A DNA stretch of 64,000 nt, taken from assembly GCF_009914755.1 (NCBI RefSeq), contig NC_060939.1, one strand, 5' to 3'. This document shows, piece by piece, positions 46,368 through 62,326 of the stretch (position 1 is its first letter; every line of letters starts with the position of its first letter). Origin of the DNA: the human T2T-CHM13v2.0 reference genome, Homo sapiens. Below the pieces are notes generated by a model that worked only from the letters and a program-made list of their open reading frames with translations, was not told the origin of the DNA and did no database searches. A program made the translations under genes and the position numbers.

Positions 46368-46724
46368 CCTTAGTCGGTTCAGGCTGTTATAACAAAAACA
46401 CCACAGACTGAGTGGCTTAAACAACAGAAATTTACTCAGTTCTGAAGGCTGGAATGTCCAAAATCAAGGTGCTGGTCAATTTGGTTCCTGGCGGGGGCCC
46501 TCTTCCTGGTTTGCAAAGGAATGCCTTTTTGCTGTATCCTCATAGGTGGAAGGGGAGATCATCTCTCCAGGGTCTCTTTTTATAAAGGCACTAATCCCAT
46601 TCGTGAAGGCTCCACCCTCATGAGTTAATTACCTCCCAAAGGCCCCACCTCTAAATATCATCACACTGGGAGCTGGCACTTCAACATACGAATTTTTCAG
46701 GAACACAAACACTAGTTTATAGCA
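46368..46724 (-). mobile_element. MaLR LTR (MST/MLT1A type) inserted into an L2 3' end
   Basis: CTGTTATAACAAAA.ACCACAGACTGAGTGGCTTAAACAACAGAAATTTA...TATAGCA. Confidence 0.8.
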
Positions 46725-48253
46725 TGTCTCCTTTGTGCCAGATACTGTTGCAGGAGCTGAGGATACACACAGTCCTTAGGGAGCTTACCCTCTGGTTAGC
46801 AGGAAATAGGATGGAGACTCCCCTGCAATGAGGACTGTGTGAGGCAGTGGGAGAGGGAGACGGAATGCCACTGTGATATCACAAGCACAATACTGGACTT
46901 GCCTTGAAGGAACTTACTAATTGGAAAGCCATGAAAAGTTAAATTCCCATAACTTAAAGAGTTAAATAATGCTTCAAGACTGAGCAGATGCCCTAGGGCA
47001 GAACAGCTTAGAAGAACCAAACAGCAAAGGAGGCTGGTTCACCACATCTATTTTGCACTGAAAACAATATGATTACCCAAGCCGACAAATGTTTGTCATT
47101 AAGAGAAATTTCAACACCAGGGAATGTGCATTCCCACAAAAGTGGTTAAGAATAGGGGTACACAGCTATTCAGTTACGTGTGGCTCAGAAACCAGTACAC
47201 ATGTCTATTTAGCACCAAGCACCTACGGAGGGAGGAATTCATTTGCTGACGGTCTGATGACGCTCTCTTGCTCCAAAGTCTGCAGAGATCTGGAAGATCA
47301 AGGCTGTTTAAGCTTCACCCTCGGTCAGTCACATGCTCTCCTTCCCCTAAGTGCCTCAGATTCCAGTAAAGCTCTGTGAGAAGCCTCCAGCACCCCTACA
47401 CACAGAGAGAGACGCACACAGGAAGCATCAGCCTCTGCTGGACCCTTGCAGCAGTTTCCAGACATGTCCAGCAAAAGGTACTAGGCATCCTGGTAAAGAA
47501 CTGGGCAGTAAAATGTTCCCTTGTGATACCCACTATCCAAAAAGGACAGATATTAAATGCAATAGAAGGAAAGACTACTACTACGCCTTATCCGATCCCC
47601 AACAAAGTCAAAAAAAAGCAGACTTGTCAGAACAGACAATACAATTAGATACTACACATTTTAGACATTCACTATTCCTGGAGCCTCTACTTTCAGAGAG
47701 GGTCTGAGTCTAGCTTCATGATGTTGGCAAAATCACATCCCCTCTCTAGCCTCTATTACCTCATAAGGCACCAGATCAAATCCCTAAGTTTGGGAATAGA
47801 GGAGTTTCCCAAGAAATTCCTATATCAGCTTTCATTAAGACTTACATAGAAAAACATTTTGAAAAAGCCCAACAAAACCACAGCTTCTCCAGAGAGGGCT
47901 GAAAGACACTTTTAAATAAGAAAAACATATGATAATAGAATAAGAAAAGTGCTGATTTTTCTTTACTTTTTAACCCTCTGTGATAAGAAATGGTATTTGT
48001 AAAATTATATACCACTAGCTGAAGTCTGAGCAGGGCTAAATCCTAACTTAAAATCCTTAGAAATCAGGGTCTCCTCTATGGCTGGGCAGCCCTAAAGTGA
48101 AACATTAAGGCTTAAGGGAATCAGTTCTTGCATTTGAAAGACGAAAAGGAAGATAAATTGGTAATTTCCATACTTACACCATAAAGATTTTACTCCTACA
48201 GCTCAAAAGAAATAACTGTACAATGAAATTTAATTTTCTTAAAACACACGCCT

Positions 48254-49470
<1,217 letters not shown>

Positions 49471-49733
49471 AAAGACACTGCTTGATGTTTCATATGCCAT
49501 GTAGTGCCTACTATTTTCCATACCACTATGGAAAATGTGCCAGCCATTTTCCATAACATTCTCCAGAATCCTCACAGCCACCTAATGAGGAAGGTATGAT
49601 TCCCACTAGACCAAAGAGGAAACTGGAGCAGGGAACTGGTGTAATTTGTCCAATATGTGTGAGCAGCAGACTCCTGCTTCAAGTTCAAGTCCATCCAAGT
49701 TTAAAGCCACACTTCTGACAATGCGCCTTGTAA

Positions 49734-50040
<307 letters not shown>

Positions 50041-51020
50041 AGATTCAGATTATTTTAATGAAAAAAACTGATAGAGTTCTACAGTCATCTGGGAAAAATG
50101 TGAAACACGATGCTCTATTTTCTTTAACAAACATCCCACAGGAAATTCGTCCGACACAGGGACAGCCCGTATGTACACTGAGGAAGAGCCTCTGCCTTTG
50201 GCAAAGGTCTCCCACTAGGGTCATTACCAAGTTTATACAGGCACTCTCTAAGTAAGCCTGTGTAGGACTGCAACCCAAGTTGGTTTTCTTTGGGGAAACA
50301 GGCTGTCTGCACCCACTTACAGACAGGACAGGGGAGCCCAAGAGAACATGGGAATCAGATCCTGCTTGAACTGGCAAAAGCTGAGTCAGCAAAGCTCTAA
50401 GAACATCTCCAGGGAGCAGCTCTGGGGGTCTGAGGAACAGTCCTCAGCTCACAAGGCCAGGAGTTTGCCTACTCTGCTCTCCGTGTGGCCAGCTTTGAGA
50501 GCACTTTCATACATCCCAGCCCAACCCTGTTGCTCTGGAGAAAGCCCAACCTGGAATACGGAAGAGGAGTGAGAGTGAGGGTGGAGACTCACAGAAACCA
50601 GGCAGGGAGCAAAGCCTGGAAAAAGGATACCCAGCTCCAGGCCTGGGCCCAGATCCCTCCAGGTGCTCAAAGCAGGTGGGCCCCTAGGAGGTGACAGTCT
50701 AGTCCCCCAGAACTCCCAAGGACAGGGGAGGCCTTTCAGCACCAGGACTCCTGACTCTACTCTCCTGCTTCTACACTGTATCTCTCATTTTGTCTGTCCA
50801 CTGGAGGATTAAGGGAGCCTCAAAGGAGCAAGGCATAACTGGCTGAAAAGACCCCCTCCCACCCATCCTGGACAAAGCAAGGAGGAAGAACACAGGATCT
50901 GCCACCTACTGGCTGTGTGACCTTAGCTGGAGCATCCCCGTCCACTCTGGAGGAAAATGTAGTGGACTGTCTCTAAGGGCCCTGCCATCTGACTCTTTCT
51001 GTCTACAGTGCTAAATGCAC

Positions 51021-51326
51021 TCTGGCTCACGCCTGGCATCCCAGCACTTTGGGAAGCTGGATGGGGAGGATGGTTTCGGCCCAGGAGTTCGAGACTAGCC
51101 TGGGCAACATAGTGAGACCCCCGTTTCTTTAAAAAAAAAAAAAATTTAATTAGCCAGGCGTGGTGGCCCGCACCTGTGGTCCCAGCTACTTGGGAGGCTG
51201 AGGTGGGAGGATCTCTTGAGCCCAGGCATGGAGGCTGCAGTGAGCCGAGATCGCACCCCTGCACTCCAGCCTGGACAACAGAACAAGATCCTGTCTCAAA
51301 AAGAATAAATAAACAAATAAATAAAA
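51021..51326 (+). mobile_element. AluJ, followed by a MIR fragment (~51355-51450)
   Basis: Alu consensus; MIR core ATCCCATTTTACAGAGGAGG. Confidence 0.85.
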
Positions 51327-51839
51327 GCACTGACATTTACTGAGCAGTTTAAAGTATAATTCATTTAATCCCAACACCCCATGAGGTAGATACTACTGTT
51401 ATCCCATTTTACAGAGGAGGCCGCTGCAGCCCAGAGCGGTTCACTGAGGTACCAAGGCCATAGGCAAAGTTCTAAAGGAGGCCCCAGGGGTAGAAGCCTA
51501 CGCTCACGGATGCCTGGGAAGGCTGCACAAGACATCCACGGGATGGTGGGGGTCGGGAGACACCAGAGACTGGCCCGAGGTTAGGCGCAGAGGGAGATAA
51601 TGGGTCAAGGTGTCTGAGGAAGGAGACGGGGCTTGGTAGCCCCAGCGAGACTGGCCTAAGCCCAGATAGTGGGGAGGAGATAGGAACGAGGGCGGGATGT
51701 GGAGAAGCAGGGAAAGGCAGGCCGACGTGGGCAGGGGCGAGGAGGCCTTGGAGGAAGGAGGGTGGATGGCGCAAGCCAGTGGCGGAGGCAGGGGACGCCG
51801 GCGGAAGCGCGCGGGCGGCTTTGGGGCGAGCGGTCCCAC

Positions 51840-52199
51840 CTTGAGCACCGTGACGGCTCCCGCGCTGTGCACCTGGAAGTGCGCGGGCGGCTCCGTGCCC
51901 GGCTCCGCCGCCTCGTCGGGGCCCTGGTAGCTGAAGCAGGCGTCCGCGATGTCCAAGTGGCCGAGGGGCAGCGCGTCCTGCGGACTCTTGAAATAGTAAA
52001 GGTAGCAGCGGCGCGCGTCGAACACGAACCAGCGGCTGCGGTAGCCACGCAGGGGGCCCTTGCCCGACAGCTTCTGCAGATAGCCACACAGCCGCGCTGG
52101 CTCCCGCGCCGGACCCGCCCCGGGCTCCGCGGCCGCCCCCTGCGCCGCGCCCTCGCCGCCGCCGCCGCCCTCCTCCCCCCGGGCTCCGGCCCCCGGCAT
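51840..52199 (-). CDS. TBC1D2B: TBC1 domain family member 2B, coding exon 1 (Gly/Ala-rich N-terminus and most of the PH domain; 120 codons)
   Basis: ATG at 52199-52197 in a good Kozak-like context (GCG ATG C). Translates MPGAGARGEEGGGGGEG...LCGYLQKLSGKGPLRGYRSRWFVFDARRCYLYYFKSPQD...AVTVLK, a PH-domain signature recognised as TBC1D2B. Donor AAG|GTGGGA at 51839; 360 nt, phase 0. Confidence 0.97.
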
Positions 52200-52310
52200 C
52201 GCTACCGCGCGCCAACCGTAGGCGCCCGCGCCCTGCGCCTCCGCGCCGCGGCCGCTGCGCCCCCTACCCCCTCCGCACCGCCCCTTCGCTCCGCACGGCC
52301 CGCGGGCGCG

Positions 52311-52334
52311 CAAAGCACCCTGGGACTTGTAGTC
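52311..52334 (-). promoter_or_regulatory. ZNF143/THAP11 (SBS + ACTACA) composite promoter motif
   Basis: Minus strand reads GACTACAAGTCCCAGGGTGCTTTG, matching the ACTACAnnTCCCAnnnTGC motif; ~110-135 bp upstream of the ATG. Confidence 0.8.
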
Positions 52335-52714
52335 TCGCCCCCGCCCGCCCGCCGGCCGTTGCCCCCTCAGCCCCCGGAGGCAGGGTCCTGCGACCAGCAC
52401 CCCGCGGGTCAGTTGCCTTCGTGCCACCTGGGCTCCAAGTCCTCGCCCTGCCGGATGAAGCAATGGTCTATTTCTTTATGGCAGTGTAGGTACATGGGAG
52501 TGTGCATCTCTCAAAACCCAGCGGAGTGTCCGCTTAAAACTGCATTTCACACTGTGTATCTTATTCTAAAAACTTGATATTTAAATCTCCCTCCTGCCAG
52601 AGTCTCAAGCTAATATTGTAAAAATGAGACAGCCTATTGCCTGGTGCTGAGTGGGTGCTCAGTAAATATTTGCAGAATTCATGAAAGCCAAAGCGTTTCC
52701 TGCCTCTCCAGACC

Positions 52715-52945
52715 TCAGTTCATTTATTGAATTCAACATATATTTATTGAGCTCCTTCTGAATGCCGGGTACGGTTCTGTATGCCAGGCCCTGGCGGATA
52801 CAGCAGTGAACAAACCAATCATTCTCCTGCCCTCGTGGAGGTTATATTCTAGTAAGGCAGGGAGGTGACACACAAGAAAGCAGATAAAAGTAATGTGTGC
52901 TATGTTGTATAAATGCCGTGATGACATGTAAATGATTACCGCTTA
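52715..52945 (-). mobile_element. L2 3'-end fragment
   Basis: TTCATTTATTGAATTCAACATATATTTATTGAGC...GGATACAGCAGTGAACAAA...CTGCCCTCGTGGAG. Confidence 0.75.
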
Positions 52946-53054
52946 AAATAGCACCTAGTATTTATCAGTGCTTTATAGATTAACTTATTTGAACACTCAC
53001 AACCTGAGAAGGCAAATCTATTGCTTTGTAATAAAGCAAAGAGAAAGAATGAAT

Positions 53055-53600
<546 letters not shown>

Positions 53601-54099
53601 AAGCAAAGTGAGAGGATGAAGTGATGGGGGGCAGATAGCAGGCTGCTGCCCCAGGACAGGCAAGGAGGCTGGTCTGATCCTGTGACATGGAGCACAAACC
53701 CAGATGATGGGAGGGACAGGGGCAACCAGAAATGTGGGTGAAGCATTCCAGGGAGAGGGAATAGTGAGTACAAGAGCTCACTTTATTCAAAGGAAAAAGG
53801 AAGTGTATAGCTACATAGCTACATTTGTGAAAGCCCAAACCAAATATCTCACCCTCATAGATTTGCATGTTTTATACAGACACACTGAAAGACCCAGGTG
53901 GAAAACTGACCTTTCTGAGCTGGACAGGGACACAAATTAGACTGCCTGTTTGGAGCCACCCAGGTAGGAAGGGCAGGTTCTGGGTCCTCACCCAGCCTGC
54001 CGACTCTCTGCAGGCCCTAAAGTGGCACCACGCAAGCATTCCTTTCCTGGGGCCCATCAGAGGTGTGGCTGACCTCTCCACCTGTCTTTGAGCACAAAC

Positions 54100-54365
54100 A
54101 GCACAGTGTTAAGGACTGGGCTCTGACTTCACACTGACCAGATGTGTCTCCTAGCTCTGCCACTTACCAGAGGCATGACCTTGGGCAAGTGATTTAACCT
54201 CTCTGGGCCTCAGTCTCTTCATTTATAAAACAGGGTTGATAAATACAAGTAGCTATCTCGTGCTGTTGTTATTGAAAGGGTTACGTGAGAAATGCATATG
54301 AAAGTGCTTAGCACGGTGCCTCACACATAGTAAGCACTCAGCACATATCAGCTGTTATTATTATC
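54100..54365 (+). mobile_element. MIR (near full length)
   Basis: CTCTGCCACTTAC...TGACCTTGGGCAAGT.ATTTAACCTCTCTG..CCTCAGT...AAAGTGCTTAGCAC.GTGCC. Confidence 0.85.
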
Positions 54366-55040
54366 ATCTTGCAGTTAACACCGATGTCTTCCTCATCAGT
54401 CAGCAGATTCGGAGAGGGGGAATCCAACAGTCAGACCGGGCCCAGACAAGGGAGGCCAGACACTGCGGTGCTGCGGGAGTGGAGTGGGCTGCTCTCGGGA
54501 GCAAGGGGTCCCAAGTTCAATTTGGGCCTCACCATGTATGTAAAAGGGGCTGTGACTAATTGGCTTGTGGGGTAGGCAGTCAGGGTGAGGTCTGACCTTG
54601 AAATACTGTGGGAAAGGGAAGAGCTGGGAGAACCCGGTCTGTATTGCCATGGTACAGGGAGGCAACAGGACAGGGGAGGGTGTAGCCCATCTCTCCTAGA
54701 TCTATCAGTAAGTTATAAGGAAGTGGGGGTGGCCATGACCTGTGGTCCCAGTGGACAGGACCAAGCCCCATGAGGTGTCTCACGGGGGCCGATGTCTGCT
54801 AGGCCCGAGGAAGGCATCCTTCACAGGCACAAGCCACGAGCCCCCCTCCTGGACTAAGAGTCTGGGCTGGCTGGCCAGGGCTAGGCAGATGGGACGGGAC
54901 AGGGGTGCTGTTTTAAGCGGTAATCATCTACATGTCATCACGGCATTTATACAACATAGCACACATTACTTTTATCTGCTTTCTTGTGTGTCACCTCCCT
55001 GCCTTACTAGAATATAATCTCCACGAGGGTAGGAGAATGA

Positions 55041-55627
<587 letters not shown>

Positions 55628-55797
55628 CTATGAAAATGTTTTCAGGAATATCCATAATTGTGCTCTTGATATTATCTAATTATGAGTTTTCATTTTCATT
55701 TTTAATTGGCTGATTTCTTGGCAATCATCGTGTCTGTGTGGGAATTTTGGCCAAGTGAGAGAAACCTAACCTAGAAATTGTTCTCAAATGTAATGAC

Positions 55798-56100
55798 CTT
55801 TTTTTTTTTTTTTTTTTTGGAGATGGGTCTCATTGTGTCACCCAGGCTGGAGTGCGGTGACGCTACCTCAACTCACTGCAACCTCCCCCTCCTGGGCTCA
55901 GGCAATCCTCCCACCTCAGCCTCCTGAGTAGCTGGAACCACAGGTGTGCGCAGCACCACGCTCAGCTAATTTTTGTATTTTTTGTAGAGATAGGTCTCTG
56001 CTATGTTGCCCAGGCTGGTCTCAAACTCCTGGTCTCAAGTGATCCTCCCACCTTGGCCTCCCAGAGTGCTGGGATTAAGGCATGAGCCAAGGTGCCCAGC
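55798..56100 (-). mobile_element. AluJ inserted in an ancient DNA-transposon-like element (~55570-56310)
   Basis: Alu consensus; TSD-like TGT(A/T)ATGAC. The flanks resemble 60440-60925. Confidence 0.8.
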
Positions 56101-58143
56101 TCTGTTATGACATTTTTATGATGACTATAAAGGTGACATGTTACATTTGTAGACATTTAATTAGATGTTCATTAATTCTAATTTTGCTGTTTTTCTTGGG
56201 TTTTAGAGCCAATACATTTTTCTTAGTCCACAAACATTTCACAGGCCTCTCAAGCAGGCAGGCCCAGGCACTGAGCCTTTTAGTATATTAGGGGATAAAC
56301 TGGCCTGGCCCCTGCCTCGGTCTGGCCGGGTCCAGAATATGGCCCTCTGAGGAGGCTGCACAGACACAGGCCTGAGTCCCCAGTGAGAGTGGTAAAGTAT
56401 GGAGGCCTCAAAGCCAACAGCAATGTCTCAGGAGGGTCCCCTGGAGGGCCCTGAGTCTCTGTCTACCCGACCAGGCTTAGGAAGTGGCCCAAGCCTTCCA
56501 AGGATCCCTAGAGCCTCCAGAATCAACCCTAAAACCCTCTTGACTCTCTAGACCTCCCCCAGGCCCCTCTTCCCCACTGACTCTCTCAAGACCCTGCTGA
56601 AATGCTTTTTATTTCGTGAACAAACCCTTCTCCCCTCATTCCTAGGGCCATGAGCTGAGGAGAACTAGGCAATGGGGCTTTATCTCATCTCTCTTAGTAC
56701 CTCCATCTTCAGTTTGGACAATGTTTATAGTTTATGTAAATAGATATAGCTTCAGTTCTTCCCAAGGGCCTCCTACATGGAAATGCTGGGGCTGTCTCTG
56801 GTGGCTCCTAATTCCCTGAAACCCTTCGTAAATGGTTTGTTGACATCTGCAGTTCCTGAGGTCTCTTAGATTAAACAGTGATGTCCTGTGGTCAGGGCCA
56901 GCTTTATACAGCCTGTGTACCTTCCCTGCATCTAGTACAGGCATGAGAGGTGTTGAGGGGTCTGCCCTGCATGCCCATGTAAGCCCCTGCTTCCTCGAGC
57001 CGTCCAGGAACCCAGTGACCAGAAGGAAGTAACCACCCAGGAGGAAGTAGCTGGTGTTTACTGAAAAGGGGAAATTTGGGCAGTAAACTTGCTCCTACAT
57101 GGCCAGCCTCTGGGAAAACCCTAGGGGAACACAGAGCCAGTGACTCATCCTAGGTCAGTCTCCCCAGAGTTGGTAGCATGTGCCCAGAGGCCTCTGAAGA
57201 AGCACTCACTGCACACTGCCTTTGTAGCTGTCAGACTCCAGGGAGACAGAGCTGGCCGAGATGCTGACCTCCCGTTGGAGGAGTGCACAGATCTGCAGGA
57301 GGCCCAGAGAGGAAAACAGCCTTATCACCTGTATGCTGTATGCCCCCGGGCATGTCCCTGCCCTCTCTGGGCTGCAGTTTTCCACCTGCACAACAAGGAG
57401 ACGGATGGCTAAGTGATGTCCAAAGGCCTGCCCCTGCCTGCTCAGAAACACAACAGTGGCCTGAGACACAGCTGTGAGGGCCTGCAGTCATTCTTCCCAC
57501 AGCTCTGCAGGCCAGTGGAGGCTATGCTCTTTTCAGTCCCACTGCTCAAAGCCCTCTGGACTGTTGCAGCCATCACAACCAAGCTGCCCCATCCCCTCAG
57601 GGCTCCACTCCATCTACAGGCTTGGCTGCCCACTGCAGTTGGTGCAAACATGACCCCTTTGAGGTGACACTTTTGCATCCTATGACCCTGGGCCCTGAAG
57701 GAGAAGCAGCCCTAATCGTCACCCCCATCCGGGGCACAAATGAAGGCCTTGTGTCCCTGAGGCAGACAGAAGCAGAGATAGCTGTGTTACTTGGGGGTTG
57801 GACAATGCTATCCTCGTAGGTCCTTGTGAAGGAAGTTGGCCTGATGAGGAGGGGATGGGGTGGGTGAAGAAGGTTGGGGGACTGGAGCTGTGAATGGGCC
57901 GAGCGCTGGAGGGCTAGGGGCAGGGCAGAGAAGAGCAAGGCCATCCTCAGAGCAGAGGATGCTTTGACCAGAGCACACAGCTGCCACAGGGAGACCCCAG
58001 ACCAGAGAGAGGGCTTTCCAGGTATGTCCGCAAAGCTCTGAAAGGGGGCACCCTGCACCAAGCCTACTGCCCTGGTGGGAGGTTGTTGGGGGTACTGGGG
58101 CAGGGGTAGGGTGGTGGGGGAGTGGTTTCAAAATAAAGAAGGG

Positions 58144-58600
<457 letters not shown>

Positions 58601-61189
58601 GTAACTAATTCATTTAACAAACATCCCTGGCTCCTGCTCTTTGCCTCTGGCTGGTGATGGGTGGTGCTGAAAACTCACCACAAGACTAGGCCTGGCCCCA
58701 CTGCAGGAAGCTCTCAGTTTTGTCAGGTGGGACAGCCTCAGAGAGAACAGCCCCAGCAAGGGAGCCCAGGGCTCTCAGACCATCTTGGACTGTGGACTCT
58801 GGCTTCCAGTAGGCCTCATTTCCCTACCAAATTGGCAGTCAAATTTGCATACCTCCTGGCTCTTTTTCTGAGAGGGAACAAATCTGAGGTGCTGGCCAAT
58901 CTCCCAGCCCTGGGGCCAGGGGACCGAGGCTCGGACAGATGGAGGTCTGGGTGTCTCTGGGAGCTGATAGAGGGTAGAGGGTTGGCAGGGGCTTGGTACC
59001 AGGCAGTCAAGCCCAGCATGGGAGACAGGGAGAGTCACACTGCCCCAGGAGCAGGGGAGCACTAGACCCTGAGGAGGCAATGGGCCGCAGCTGCAGAGGC
59101 CTTGTGTCCTTCCTGTTACCACCCTGTTCCCAGGGCCTGGCGCCCGGCCCAGCACAGCGTAGTCCCCTCTGCCTTCACCTTTCTGCTTCCTAGAGGCCCT
59201 CATGCTGTCCCCTTCCCAGTGCCCCCATCACTCAGCCAAATCTGATCTCGGACACTTCCACCCTTCCCACACAAGCAGCAGGGACTAAAACCTACTTTGA
59301 GGCCAAGTCTGGAAGGTGGGGCATTTTAACTGACAGCTTAAAGAGATGCTGTTCTGATGGTGGAAGTTCAGGCATTCTTCTGGTTGGGCGAAGGGGTCTA
59401 CGAAAGGAGTTTACGGCGTACTTATGTGAGCAAAGCAATGAAGAGGGAAGCGGGAAGAAGGCAGTCAGGATACATGAAGACAGGCACAGAAAAGACCCAG
59501 AAGAAGTAGATTCTGGAGTGGGAGGAATGTTTTTAAATGTGTTTCTTATTTGGAAGTTTGACTACATTGACTATTAATTTTGAATTAATGCATTTTTAAA
59601 GTATTTAAAGAATTTGGGTAGCAGGGAAAATGGCTGGAGCAATGGCATGGGAGGAGGATGCAGCATGTATAGGGGAGGAGGATGGGGTACGAGATTCTCG
59701 ACTTGGCCCTGCCATGGACTTACTCCTTGTCTTGGACAGGCCATTTCCATTCTTGAGTTTCAGTGTCCCTGTCTTTATAATGGGAAAAAATGGGGACAGT
59801 AATGCTACCTTGTATACCTGCTATAAAGATGAAAGGAAATCATGTATGTGTGTATGTGAAGTACTTGGCACCTGGTAAGGGCTCAAAATCATTAGGAATC
59901 TACGGAGGACCTCTGTTTTCCCAGCTGTAAAGTGAGGGGAAGGGAGACAGGGATAGGACTAAATTGAGGAGCAAGCCCAGGGGCCCCAGCTGCCCAAGTT
60001 GCTAGGTGTACCAGGTCTCTGCAGCTGGGCCCCACGGTGGCCATCTGGCCTCCAAAAGGCTGTAGAATGAGGGTTCTCAAAATTATGGTCCTTGGCCCCT
60101 TGTCTTCCCTATGGTCCCTAAACTGATCCCAAAATCTCGTCCCTTCTCCAGCTGTCATGAGCAAACAGCAAGCAACTCTGAAGAATTTCACTTTTACATG
60201 GGACTCAGAAATACTCACTAGTGAGTCTGGATTATCTATAGCAAAATTAACTTGCGTCTTGTTCTTGCTGCTGAAACTGAGAGGTACACTGACAAGGGAG
60301 CCTCTCTGATCTAAGGGGTGGTTTTCCGCTCTGGGCTGTCAGGAGCAGAGACTACAGGCCCAGAGCCCCCCAGATGGGTGCTTTATGGCGCAGATGAGGT
60401 TGGCAATGTTTTTAAGACCGTGGTAGGTCCAGGGCACTCTCACCTTTGGAGTCTCCATCTCACTACTATCAAATATATGTAATTTTTAAATGGCATGGCC
60501 ATATTTTACAATAAAAATATATATGTCTTTTGCTTTAAGCTTTTTGGAAAGGATTATTCTTATGATTTTGCTTTTGAAATGATTTGGCCTTGAGGAATTC
60601 ATTTCACTTGCAATTGGTAATGATTTCTTGGCAGTCTTCTTGCACACTTGAGGATTTTTGTGAGCTAAGATAATCTGGCCTCCAAACCATTTTCAGATGT
60701 GATGAAACTTTTATGAATACGAAATGAAGCTGACGCAATATTACATAGTATAGACATTTACTTATACATTTATTCATTGTGATTTTGCATTTTTCTCCTT
60801 TTGAATTTTGGAGCCAATACTGGTTGTTTGTTTGTTTGTTTCTTCCAGGTCTCAGATCTTTTTATAGGCCCTTGGAAAGTTCCCAGCCCAGTACCTGGCC
60901 ATTGTCCTATGGATAAAATAGAACCACCTGTGTTTGGTGGGAGAAGGGCTGAGGGGGACCTCTCTGGACACTGCCCTCCCCAACCAGCAGCCATGTAGAA
61001 AGATGGCAAGACGAAGTCACTCAGTGGCCTTGAGGGACCAAAAGGATCACGATAACATTGGTGACTTCTCTGGACCAGCCATAGCCCTCTCCGCTGGTTT
61101 TTCCTGCATGCTGGGGGCCTCAAAATGACTGAAATTGAAAATATTATTCATTCATTTATTCAGTATTTACTGAGCCATAAATCAATACA

Positions 61190-62326
61190 ACGCTTAACGA
61201 AAGCAATTTGGCATCATCTGCTAAAATGACAACTGCAAATACCCTTTGATTCAGCGATTCCACTTTCGAGAATGTGTTTCATGGATGTATTTATTCTTAC
61301 ACTTAATCAAATCCATATAAGGTTATCCATTGCTGCATTTTCAGGAATTAAAAAAAATTGGAAACAACTCAAATGACCATCAATAGAGGACTGGTTACAA
61401 AAATTATTATGTATTCATACAATGGAATAATATGCAGCTGTGAAAATAAGAATGGCACCCCTCTCTTTAGTCTTGTGGAAGGAGTGCCAAGATACACTGT
61501 TGAATTTTTTTTACAAGGCAAGGTGCAGAATGCTGTATAGTACTCTATCTTTTATGTAAGAAGGTGAGGAAAATAATATACACACTTGGCTGGGCGCAGT
61601 AGCTCATGCCTATAATCCCAACACCTTTAGTCCCAGCTACTCAAGAGGCTGAGGTGTGGGAGGATTGCTTGAGCCCAGGAGGTTGAGGGTGCAGTGAGCT
61701 GTGGTTGCACCACTGCACTCCAGCCTGGCCAACAGAGCAAGGCTTTGTCTCAAAAAAAGAAAAGAAGAGAAGAGAAGAGAAGGGAAAAAGAAAAGAAAAG
61801 AAAAAATATACATACTTATTTGGATGTACATAAACCCAGGAAGGACATTCAAGGAACAACTAACAGTGGTTATCTATGGGAATGAAATGTGGTTAGTAAC
61901 TGGGTGGATGGGGTTAAATGCCTGGAGGAAAAATATTTTTACTGGTATCTTTTTATATTTGTCTTTTTAAATATTATGTTGATTTATCGTCTACTTGAAT
62001 AATGAATTAAAATATATTTACTGAAGGCCAGGTACGGTGGTTCACGCCTGTAATCCCAGCACTTTGGGAGGCCAAAGCAGGTGGATCACCTGGGGTCAGG
62101 CGTTTGAGACCAGCTTGGCCAATGTGACAAAACCCCATCTCTATTAAAAATACAAAAATTAGCCAGGTGTGGTGGTGCATGCCTGTAGTCCCACCTACTT
62201 GGGTGGCTGAGGCAGGAAAATCGCTTTCACCTGGGAGTTGGAGGTTGCAATGAGTCAAGATCATGTCCACTATACTCCATCCTGGGCAACAGAGTGATAC
62301 TCTCTCTCAAAAATAAAATAAAATAA
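61190..62326 (+). mobile_element. L1ME-like 3' region with an internally deleted AluJ (~61588-61805) and AluS (62026-62326)
   Basis: AAAGCAATTTGGCA...ATTCCACTT...TTGGAAACAAC.CAAATG..CATCAATAG; Alu consensus. Confidence 0.78.

Larger units (their letters stand above)
51700..52460. promoter_or_regulatory. TBC1D2B: CpG island / TATA-less promoter of TBC1D2B
   Basis: Very GC-rich and CpG-dense, spanning exon 1. GC boxes (CCGCCC) at ~52278 and 52336-52350. Confidence 0.93.

Noticed and set aside
51504-52463. 319-aa ORF extending exon 1 by 88 codons upstream (TTG start) and ~111 codons into intron 1
   Set aside because: Stop codons are scarce in GC-rich CpG islands. The upstream part spans promoter motifs that are probably 5' of the TSS, and a canonical donor exists at 51839.
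51699-52577. 292-aa antisense ORF and 247-aa alternative-frame ORF over the CpG island
   Set aside because: Low-complexity Arg/Gly/Ala/Pro translations typical of GC-rich shadow frames; no recognisable domain.
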